A DNA stretch of 64,000 nt from Selaginella moellendorffii (Eukaryota; Plantae; Lycopodiophyta). Of the stretch, positions 51,937-61,647 are shown one piece after another. The DNA is taken from assembly GCF_000143415.4 (NCBI RefSeq), contig NW_003314310.1:1172611-1236610 (forward strand). The letters are read 5' to 3'. Positions within the stretch are counted from its first letter, which is position 1. Every line of letters starts with the position of its first letter. The notes beneath the pieces are model-generated. The model worked only from the letters and a program-made list of their open reading frames with translations. It searched no databases and was not told the origin of the DNA. The position numbers and the translations under genes are program-made.

Positions 51937-52057
51937 CGGAGTTGCGTTTCGTTCAACCGAGCCACGAAATTTTGGTGGCTTGTAATACACCATTAGACAG
52001 CGTGAGTGCAATAAAAATGAAATTCTTTTTTGGATACAGATCCAGAGTTAGCTAGGT

Positions 52058-53230
52058 ATGGCCGGCGACACAATCACCTCTTTGGCGGACAGGTGTGTTG
52101 TTGCATCGCATTGCTTGCGCTCGAACTTACAGCGCGCAGGTTCAACACCCAGCACACGAGCGCCCTTGGGATTGAGCTGTTTGGTCACCCGCTGCTCATA
52201 TCTCAGGTGGGTATTGGTGGACAAGTCTGAAGGTAGAAAACGCAGTCCGTCCTTGGACAGGATCCAAATTCCAAGCACGTTGGAACAACCGTGTGGGACT
52301 CGTCGGTGGTGTTTGCCAAATTCCTGGTTGGTTGGTCTAGAATGCTTCGGCCTCTGATTAGACCATGTGTTCCGTTGTGTGTGTGATTTTCAGGAAAAGA
52401 ATTGCAATCGCGGGCAGCTGAATGGCGTCCAGATGGCTGGGAAGCGCGCTATTGAGCTGGGAGCCGGGTGTGGTGTTGCAGGACTAGGTGAATTTCCGAA
52501 TCGATGCCTCTTAAGTTGTAACGGTTGGGTGTTGGCAGCAATGGCACTCATGGGCTGCAATGTGGTGTTAACTGATCAGGTGGAGGTGTTGCCGCTCCTG
52601 CTCAAAAACGTGGAAAGAAATGTGGCTAGGATCAAGCTGGCTTCGGTCACGAGCACAAGCGAGTCCGTTGGTCTCGGTGATAAAGCCAAATACTTCTTCG
52701 TTCCTCCTTTCTCATGCATTATGTGTCAGGAAATGTCAGCGTTGCCGAACTAGATTGGGGAAACAGCTGCCACATAGCTGCATTGGAACCACCATTCGAC
52801 TTTATTATTGGCACCGATGTTGTAAGTGGTTGATCCATCTCAAGTCACCCTTTTTGCTGCCGCCACCTTTTTCCAGGTGTATGCCGCCCAGCACCTGGAG
52901 CCTCTGCTCACGACGATTCTCTCCCTTTGTGGACCAAGGGCTACAGTCGTGGTAAGTAAGCCTTCCATCATTTGCTATCCTGGACAGCTATTTATTTGTC
53001 CATGAGCAGCTGGCTTATGAATTTCGTTCGCCCGAGTTGACTGAGAGGCTTCAGGCCATGTGCAAAGAGCACTTCGAGATAAAGACCATCTCCAAGAAGA
53101 AGGTTCTGTCGTCTCACCGTAGTCGGATGACCAACCTCTCTATTTTGTTTTGCAGATGGATGCCTGTTTCCAGCACCCAAACATCCAGCTTCTTGTCATG
53201 TCAAGGCGCAGGCTGCATAACACAGCGTAG
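52058..53230 (+). CDS. METTL21-like protein-lysine methyltransferase (Methyltransf_16), multi-exon
   Basis: QDPNSKHVGTTVWDSS, IELGAGCGVAG, LTDQ, ELDWG and IIGTDVVY. Stop TAG at 53228-53230. Confidence 0.85.
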
Positions 53231-53238
53231 GAGGGGAT

Positions 53239-54912
53239 ATGCAGCGGATGGAGCTGCACGATGGTGGCCGTCAAGCCTACCACGCCGAGTATGACCAACT
53301 TCAGAGGAGGCTCAAGAGAATAGACGATGAGCAAGACCCGGCTGCAGCCTTGACGGTACTACTCAAGCGGTGTCGCCAGGTGGAGCATGGCAAGCTTATT
53401 CACGCCCACATTGCCACCAGTGAGGTCTACAAGCGCGACAAGCTTCTCCTCAACATGCTCGTGGAGATGTATGGCAAGTGCGGCAGTATAGCGGAGGCTT
53501 GCTGTGTCTTCGACTGCATGTCTGTGAGAAACGTGCACTCGTGGACGATTATGCTGGTGGCACTGGCGGAGAATGGAGAGTGCAAGCAGGCTGTGAGACT
53601 GTTCCGGGAGATGCTCCTGGAAGGTGTCAAGCCCAACGCCTTCACGCTGACCAGCGCCTTGACTGCCTGCGGCCACGCTGGGGATGCAGACGAGGGCCAC
53701 AGGATTGACGGAATGATCGCGTGCACCCAGCTCCGGGTGGACGTTGCCGTGTGCAACGCTCTCATCAGCATGTATGGAAAATGCGGGTGGCTTGACCAAG
53801 CCAAGGCTGTCTTTCACTCCATGCCATGCAAGAACGACATCTCGTGGACTGCAATGATCGATGCCTACTGCCAGCGGAGGGAGTGGGCACGAGCACTGGA
53901 ATGCTTCCACGGCATGGATCTCGAAGGGGTGAGGGCGTGCGAGATGAGCCTCTTAGCCGCGCTGGAAGCTGTGCGTGGGGTGGAGCGGCTAGAGCAGGGG
54001 GAGCACATCCACGCACGCATCGTCGAGCAGGGATGGGGATCGGATCCATTCCTTTGCACGGCACTGGTGGCTTTGTACTCGAGGTGCGGCGCCACAGAGG
54101 GAGCGAGAGCAGTGTTTCGAAAGATGGACAGCCTAGAGGTTGAGTCGTGGAACGCCATCATGTCGGCAGCAGGGGGAGGGGAGGCCCTGGAACTGTTTAG
54201 TAGAATGCTGCAGCTGGGCGTCAAGCCGGTGGCTATAAGTGTGGTGGCAGCGATGGAGGCGTGTGGCAAAGTGTGTGATGGTGCCCGCACAAGAAAGCTC
54301 GAGGAGGCGATTGTGTGGGACGCGTTTGACGCTAACCCTGTGGTTACCTCGGCGCTCATGGATGCGTATGCCAAGTGCGGGCGGCTGGACGATGCTCGGC
54401 GGGTGTTCGACACGTACCGCTGCATGGGCATGTGCTCTTGCGTGGATGTGGTGGCATGGAGCACCTTGATCGCTGCTTATGCTGAGAGTGGAGACAGCGA
54501 GTACGCGCTGTGGCTGCTGTACACAATGGAGCTGCATGGTATCCAACCCAACGCCGTCACCCTACTCAGCATTCTCTTCGCTTGCAGCCATGCTGGGTGG
54601 GTGGAGCATGGATGCCACTTGTTGGCATCAATGTGGAGGGATCGCGGCTTGTACCCTTCGTCACAGCACTACAGCTGCGTGGTGGACATGCTTGGACGTG
54701 CTGGATGGTTGCTTGATGCCGAGCGTCTGGTTTGCTCTATGCCAATCCAGCCCGATTCTGTGGCTCTCACAAGCCTGCTAGGAGCTTACACGCTCCATGG
54801 TGGATTACGTCTAAGCCCATACTTTCAGCAGATCATGGGTTATGCGACATTGCCTCATAATACTGACAGTTCACGGAAGGAACGGATTACAATCGAATCT
54901 CAGCTTCATTGA
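53239..54912 (+). CDS. PLS-class pentatricopeptide repeat protein with partial E domain, no DYW
   Basis: Repeated MYGKCG..A..VF..M...SW..M motifs, HYSCVVDMLGRAG and MPIQPDSV..TSLLGA..LHG. Confidence 0.9.
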   Translation: MQRMELHDGGRQAYHAEYDQLQRRLKRIDDEQDPAAALTVLLKRCRQVEHGKLIHAHIATSEVYKRDKLLLNMLVEMYGKCGSIAEACCVFDCMSVRNVHSWTIMLVALAENGECKQAVRLFREMLLEGVKPNAFTLTSALTACGHAGDADEGHRIDGMIACTQLRVDVAVCNALISMYGKCGWLDQAKAVFHSMPCKNDISWTAMIDAYCQRREWARALECFHGMDLEGVRACEMSLLAALEAVRGVERLEQGEHIHARIVEQGWGSDPFLCTALVALYSRCGATEGARAVFRKMDSLEVESWNAIMSAAGGGEALELFSRMLQLGVKPVAISVVAAMEACGKVCDGARTRKLEEAIVWDAFDANPVVTSALMDAYAKCGRLDDARRVFDTYRCMGMCSCVDVVAWSTLIAAYAESGDSEYALWLLYTMELHGIQPNAVTLLSILFACSHAGWVEHGCHLLASMWRDRGLYPSSQHYSCVVDMLGRAGWLLDAERLVCSMPIQPDSVALTSLLGAYTLHGGLRLSPYFQQIMGYATLPHNTDSSRKERITIESQLH

Positions 54913-55131
54913 AGGCCGTGCATCTCAAGATTGATCCTCGAGCAGCTCCAGCGGATCGGGACATGAAGGAGGAGAGCTCCTCAGCCATGGCAAGGTATGA
55001 ACAAACTAAATTTTCTTCTGGAAGCTGAAAAGGCTGTTGCTTACATAGCGTAACCTCTATTCATGAATAAGTGAAGCGTTAGGGATAGGTGCTTGCTGGC
55101 ATTCCAATCCAAGTATTCAAGTTCAATCACT

Positions 55132-56307
55132 TGTTATTACAATTTCCAGAAAGATTTGAACTCACCATCTGTATCCCAAATCTGCCATGTGGCATGTCTG
55201 TGGCTATAATAGGGGAGGCCAGGTGGTAAATCCAAAGCTACCCAACTTGTTCATTGGCCAGACAGACTGTGGAGTGTGTTTGAGTGTGTTTGAAGAGGAG
55301 AGGACGACTTAGGACCTTTCAAATGAGCGAACTGGCTGGGTGGGGGCTCTAAGGTAAGCAAGGTGTAATTGCCTTTGAATTGCTACTATAACAATTTTTT
55401 ATTGATTAGATCTGCTCAAAGTTACTATACTGCCACCAACAAGCCATTTCTTCCTCCCCTCAAACTTTTGGACACTCTGAAGATTTAACTCTTCAAAAAC
55501 ACTCTTAGATTCAAGATCACTATCCCATTGTTAGTAACTAGTTGTGGATGCTCACACATGGTCTAAAGCCACTGTGTTGCCATTGGCAGGCTATCAGATC
55601 TCTTTGGAAACACTCTCCATTCTAAGTTATATAATAATATTTCAAGAAAGGGTGACACCCTTCTATTTTTATCTCTAGCATCTCTTTACGGTGGGGTTCC
55701 ATGCGTCCCCTTGAGAAAGTGGGGAAACCTTGTGCCATACACCCCACTAGTGATATGACATGGAAGGGGGGAACCTAGTGACATGGAATTTTTTGTCTTG
55801 GAAGTTGATCTTCCCTTCTACTAGCTTTTACTTGAATGTTAATTCTTTCATCCATCAGTATTCTTCATTCAAATTCCCTATTACCCATTCTAACTTCATT
55901 TTAGCTCATTCTAACCATTCTCTCTTGTTGGACATACAAATCCTTCTCATCTTGCATCTTGGGAATCTTTGCTACTTCTTACATCCACTTCATCCATCTC
56001 CCTTAGAATTGTAACTTCTTGTTCACTCACCTTGGGTATGCATAGTCCAGGTCCAAGCTATGTGATATTTCCCTTGAAACTCTACTTCTAAGGTACATAT
56101 ACTTTTTTGCTCCAACTTTGGAATCTTTGTGATCCCTATAATCTCCAATCCACTTTAACTCCTTGATAACTAAACTTCCACTAATCCCAAAGAAGAATTC
56201 TCAAAGGCTAACCTCCTTCCTCATTGTCTTCTCAGTCTACCACCATGAATATTGCATCAAACCCCTCACTTGGGGGGAGTCCTGTGATGACATCCATCAT
56301 AAAACAT
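55132..56307 (-). mobile_element. Degenerate Ty3/gypsy 3' fragment (integrase remnant plus possible 3' LTR 55132-55657)
   Basis: The minus strand near 56230-56307 reads MDVITGLPPSEGFDAIFMVVD* (integrase core). Purine run AAAAATAGAAGGG precedes TGTCAC at 55657, and a candidate ...TAACA end lies at 55132. Confidence 0.5.
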
Positions 56308-56407
56308 NNNNNNNNNNNNNNNNNNNNNNNNNNNNNNNNNNNNNNNNNNNNNNNNNNNNNNNNNNNNNNNNNNNNNNNNNNNNNNNNNNNNNNNNNNNNN
56401 NNNNNNN
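56308..56407. other. Assembly gap (100 N)
   Basis: Run of 100 N. Confidence 1.
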
Positions 56408-56638
56408 ACATTCGGATAATTTTGTGGCTACAGATATAATCCAGTAAGCCAAACTAATAGTGTAGTTATTGGGAAAACCAAGGATTATAAAGTTTATTCA
56501 AGGTAGCCAAAGCACTGATAAGGTACTTCAATAAGTAAGAGTTAAAATAGGAATTTGGTAAATAGATATGGATTTCACCGTTTTGGATATAATGGGATTT
56601 GATGTGATCTTTAGGATTGATTGATTTAATCAATTTTG
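56408..56638 (+). pseudogene. Retrotransposon aspartic protease remnant
   Basis: SDNFVA...VKIGIW*IDMDFTVLDIMGFDVIFRID*F parallels the protease C-half at 61403-61560. Multiple stops. Confidence 0.6.
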
Positions 56639-56675
56639 TAAGTGACTAAATTTTTCATTCTACTTTAGTCACTTA

Positions 56676-59400
56676 ACCATACCTTCGACCATTTGGAGGA
56701 GTTTCATTCACAACCTCCATAAATCCAATTCAAGACTTAGGCTTGCTCGCCCCAAAAATGACATTCATGCCACTCAACCTTTGCACTTGGTCCAAGTGCT
56801 CCACGTGTCCGATCCCATGATCAACACCCCAAGGTACCACCAACATACCAGCCTATTACGCTAGGCTATGCCCATTCATCTTGGCCACATCGGTGGTCCA
56901 ACACCACCTGCATTGCAATCCCGTCTTTCCAAGACTAGCCATCCGACCATGAGTGGTCATCTCAGATCCACTCCTTAGCATCCTTAAGATGCCCACAGAC
57001 ATGGGGAATAGCCTTCCCCAATATCTCCTTTCCAGTCCCCACTAAATCCCTTTTTGTCCTTGGCCATGTTCGCCAACACTGCCACTAGATCAAGGACCAC
57101 GGGCCTGACCATTAAGTCCCACTGTCCTCTAGGACTTCCTCACTGTGTGACTGTGTCCTTGGTCACCACACCAGAGGGCTACTCCTCTTCCTTTCCACAA
57201 TCTGGGACTTTGGGATAACATTTCGAAACTTACGTGGCCCTTATGGGTACTCTCCCCGCCTTCTGCCTTTAGATGCTCTAGCCATGGGCTTAGAGCGAGG
57301 TTCCGTTGAGCCACACCAAGTATCCAAGTAGGTAGTGCCACCCACACTTGGACTGGAAGCATCGGCTAGTCGATCTCCCGGGGGAATTAGAGCCGGCTCT
57401 TGAATACTTCACCAAGCTACCCCGCTTGTCGGTCCATGTTCACTCTAGTCTTGGACTTCCCAGTGGTCAGCTCATCACCCAACACTTGGGTATAGCCTTC
57501 TTGGGCCAAACTAGCCTTTCCTGGCCAAATTGGCTCCACTACAATCCTCCCCCTTGCTATACTTTTGGAGCTCGGACTCGGACTCGGACTCGGCCTCGGT
57601 CTCGGCCTCGGCCTTGGTCCTGGTCTCGGTCTCGGTCCCGATCTCGGTCTCGGTCTCGGTCCCAGTCTCGGTCTCGACCTCAGACTCCATCTCAGGTCCT
57701 TCTCGGACTCCATCTCGGATTCCATCTCGGGTCCATCTCGGACTCCATCTCGGACTCCATCTCAGGTCCATCTCGGACTCCAACTCGGGTCCATCTCGGA
57801 CTCCATCTCAGACTCCATCTCGGACTCCATCTCGGATCCATCTCAGACTCCATCTCAAACTCCATCTCGGTCCATCTCGAACTCCATCTCAGACTCCATC
57901 TCAAACTCCATCTCGAACTCTGTCTCGGTCCATCTCGGACTCCATCTCAGACTCCATCTTAGACTCCATCTCGGGTCCATCTTGGACTTCATCTCGGACT
58001 CTGTCTTGGTCCATCTCAGACTCCATCTCGAACTCCATCTCGGGTCCATCTCGGACTCCATCTCGGACTCCGTCTCGGTCCTTTCTAGGTCCCATTTTAG
58101 AGCCTTGCTTATTGCTCGCTTTGTGCTCATTCCTTGAGCACTTTGTTGGGAGTTCCACTCCCGCTCTCGACCTTTCAAGTTGGAGTTTTTAATCCAAACA
58201 TGTTACGCTCGTTTGGCTTTCGCTTTGGCCACTACCACGTGGTGCCCTTTCGGCTCCACTTTAGGGCTTAGGGATTTTGTGTTTCACAACTCCACCACCC
58301 ATAAACAAAGTTCAATATCCTCATCGAACAGTAAACCATTTTTATAAAGTAATACCAACATGTATTACCCTTTCCATCCTTAGCACCTAATCAATATCCG
58401 TCAATGGTCTGACACCGAAGGCTCACCATGCCTTCTCCATCCTCTAAGGCACATAGCCTCTCTGACATGGAGACTCAATCGATCACCTATGGTGGTTCTT
58501 TCCCTTTCATTGGTTTAGTGTTTGCTAAACCTGTTAGAGGCACCTCCTCTATCTCAATCCCGCTACTCACTCCTGAGTAGCCTCAGTTCCTATTGATATA
58601 AACTTGCACTCTGGAACTTTTAAATTTGACTTGTTAGAGTCAATTTCCTAAGTGTCTCCAGCACTTTACATTGCACATATTGCACAACTCCACTTCCCAT
58701 CTTTGGAAGTTTTCTGTTTGAGGGCACTATCATCCTCTTTCTCATTTTATGCGACCTTTGGCACTAAGTTCCAGTTATCTTAATTCGTGCTAGGGCTACC
58801 CACGTCCCTATCATTTGGCTACTTTACTGCTTTTTGCCTTTGGAGCTTCCACTTTCGCCAAATCGAAGCAATTAGGAATTCATCCATGGAAACACATTGC
58901 CTTTCCCACAATTCGTTAGCATCTAACACATTAATGTTCTTGGCCTAACTTTGCGTTTTGGATTCTTTCTCATGATTCCCATGTCTCTTTTCTTAGCCAC
59001 TAGTCTTTTGCTCTTATCCTTGATTGTTGCACTTAGCAACATTGGATTGCTACCTCCATTCTCGAGATATCCTTTCGGTTCCATAGCAAAGACTTTGTTT
59101 TGCTAAGTCTAGAGGGTGTTCACCTTTAATAAGTCTCTTTAGCATTTTCTATTGTGGGCTTTATCCCTAGCCCAACTTTATGACCCTCCCATGGGTCTTT
59201 TATAGAGATTACTTTCTTCGGACTCACTATGCTATTGCATTGCCACAAATCATTTCCATTAGGTGTTCTTTCCACTTGGTCACTTTGACCAAGCCACACC
59301 ATCATCAATAGTTCAATTCAACACTTTGAATTAGGAACTTTATTGTTGCGAATGTGACTTCGGGTATCGAAAAATATTTAATGACCAGTTTCTCAACTAG
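56676..59400 (-). mobile_element. Highly degenerate retroelement remnant, possibly an L1-like LINE
   Basis: No intact ORF. A CNMCN..H knuckle-like remnant lies near 58650-58690, and the element contains the internal satellite. The assignment is weak. Confidence 0.3.
57571..58080. repeat. Tandem satellite: (CTCGGN)n hexamers grading into a 12-mer (CTCGGACTCCAT)n
   Basis: About 510 bp of visible tandem units. This explains the overlapping low-complexity ORFs in all frames. Confidence 0.95.
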
Positions 59401-59785
59401 CTTGAGTGGAGACCATAAAAGGGACCAGTAGTACCGACCTCCTGCCGTCGTGGCAGTAAGAAAATGGCACAGGTTCGATTCCCATTGATTAGTGGCTACT
59501 TAAAAATATAATATACCCTTAAGCAAAGTATATTCCTACCCCTAAATTTGAAATCGTACGTATTAGACATCCATGTGTACATCCTTCCTTTTGTGTGGAG
59601 TATCCACGGACGAAGGTATCCACCGTGGGACTGTGGTATGGGTGGATGATTAGTTGCCTCACATGGAATAACTGGTTTACACAATGGAAGGATTGGTAGA
59701 TTGAGTGCGGAAATGGAGGTGTTGGTTCCCCCTGGCTCAGTAGGGGTTGTTAGTCAATAGTCAATGAGGACATTGACATCTCTGA

Positions 59786-59972
59786 AGGGGGGGTGAGTGT
59801 AGTGCATGTGATCATGGGATGAGATTTAGATATACTGTCACCATAGATCCTTAGAACTTTGGGGGATAAATGGCGATAAAATAGCCACTAAGGGCTCTCT
59901 CATCAAGCAATTGCCCCTTTTCCAATTGGCTTAAGGGGAGAGAGATAAACTGCACTATATTTGGTATTGGAG
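59786..59972 (+). mobile_element. PPT, short LTR (59798-59959) and degenerate tRNA-iMet PBS
   Basis: AGGGGGGGTGAG, then TGTAGTGCA...TGCACTATA (8/9 terminal inverted repeat), then TGGTATTGGAG (compare TGGTATCAGAG). Confidence 0.6.
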
Positions 59973-60150
59973 AAATTGTCTCAGCAATTCCTATCCAACT
60001 TTTGTCGGATTTTCTTACTCAAGTTGCATACACAGAGACTTTTCTAGTACATCCTAAGTGACCTGTGTAGGATTAGTTGGATAGCACCATTCAGTAAGAA
60101 CGTTGTATGCATGTTTAGTTACTGATAGAGGCATGCATACAACTAGCAGG

Positions 60151-61638
60151 ATGGTGAAGAAAAACCATGCTGATAATGCTAAAACCTCTAGACAGGCGAA
60201 TCGAGAGAAGGAAACTCCTGCTAGAGATGTTGCGGAAGAGGTTGAGGCCAAGTCGGAAGAGCAAGAGCCAGATGCTGCGGTGTTGCAGCGTACAGCTTAG
60301 GAAGTCGAGATCGAGAATTTGCGAAGGGAGATTCGCAAATTGAAGAAGGAGGCATGCGGGACTATCAAGTTTTGGAGGACTGGGTCTATGATATGGAAAA
60401 CTATTTCATAGCGGCAGACGTAGATGATCGTATGAAAGTTGCGTGCGCGCAATCCTTTCTCACCGATCATGCCAAAACTTGGTGGCGCCAGGTATGTGCT
60501 GAAAAAGGGCAGACTAGAAGTTGGACCAAGATGCGGTCTCGTATCTATAAGGAATACTTGCCGGATGATCTTGGTCTAAGACTTCGCGCGGAGCTGCGGC
60601 AGTTAAAGTAGCGAGGGGATCTCATGCATTACGTTAATGCGTTTGCTCAAAAGTGCATTATGATTGCAAATATGAGTGACGAAGATGCTCGAAGTTATTT
60701 CTTGGAGGGTTTAAGTTCACTTTCTCGTAATGAGATTTTGAAGTTTAAGCCAAGGACGTACCTAGAGTGTAAGGAGGCAGTGCAGCAAGTTGCCTTTAGT
60801 CACTCGCTCATGGAACAATATCAGCAACCGTATGCTGGTAACTCGGACAAGAATAGGAATTCTGGAAATAAACAAGGTGATCGGAAATAGAGGGTGGAAA
60901 GTAGGTTCTACCCTGGAGGCTCACAAGTAACAGTTAATAAAGGTGGTGGTGGTTGGAGACCACCAGTAGCTTCTTTTGGTCCTAGGCCCTCTATTCCTCC
61001 TCCTAGTGGGTACAAGCAGTAACAACCTGCAAAACCTACTCCTAGCGGAATAGGTAGTGTGGGTCATTGTTTCCATTGTGGAGAGTCGGGATATAGGTCC
61101 TCGAAATGTCCCAATAAGCATAAGACAAGGTCTCAGGTTAATGTCATGAGGGAAGACGGTGGTGGTGAAGCTGAAGGGGTTGACGAGTTGGTCAATGCAG
61201 ACTATGAGGAAGAAGAGGTGAGTAACTTTCGTTGCTTTCCTCAAGCTTTTCTTGCAGTCAATGCAAATACTGATCCGTTGATGTATCTGGTAAGCTTTGT
61301 CCATGGACACCGAATCCGAGTGATGATTGACATGGGAGCTACACACAACGTGATATCCGAAGACTTAGTTAAGTTGTTAGGATTGAATGCTGAGCAAATG
61401 TCATGCACTTCCGGTTTGTGGAAGGTGGGCAAGTAACTAGAAATTTTGTGAGTGATGTTCTAATAAAGATATCCAAGTGGAAAGAAAGAGTGGACTTGGT
61501 AGTGTTGAAGATACCAGATTTTCAGATGGTGTTTGGTATGGACTTCTTCAACAAATATATAAAAGGGATTTATGGTGCTGGACAAAGTCATATCACATTG
61601 AAGTCCGAAGGATGACCTGATGTGTCCTTCCAGTTGCA
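60151..61638 (+). mobile_element. Ty3/gypsy gag-protease, pseudogenised and truncated
   Basis: Gag LEDWVYDMENYF..AQSFLTDHAKTWW, knuckle CFHCGESGYRSSKC and protease MIDMGATHN. In-frame stops and frameshifts. Ends abruptly at 61638. Confidence 0.9.
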
Positions 61639-61647
61639 TATTGGAGT

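Noticed and set aside
53231-53238. Shine-Dalgarno-like GAGGGG (and AAGGA at about 35417) in the short inter-ORF spacers
   Set aside because: These are nuclear genes translated by 80S ribosomes; short purine runs are expected by chance.
57348-58192. Multiple RS-rich and other low-complexity ORFs
   Set aside because: Artefacts of the 6/12-bp satellite; there is no RRM or other domain.
59421-59485. GGTTCGATTCCC (B-box-like) plus GACCTCCTGCCGTC, suggesting a tRNA/SINE or HDV-like ribozyme
   Set aside because: I could not build a cloverleaf or a consistent P1/P2/P3 pseudoknot by eye. An Infernal/Rfam scan would settle it.
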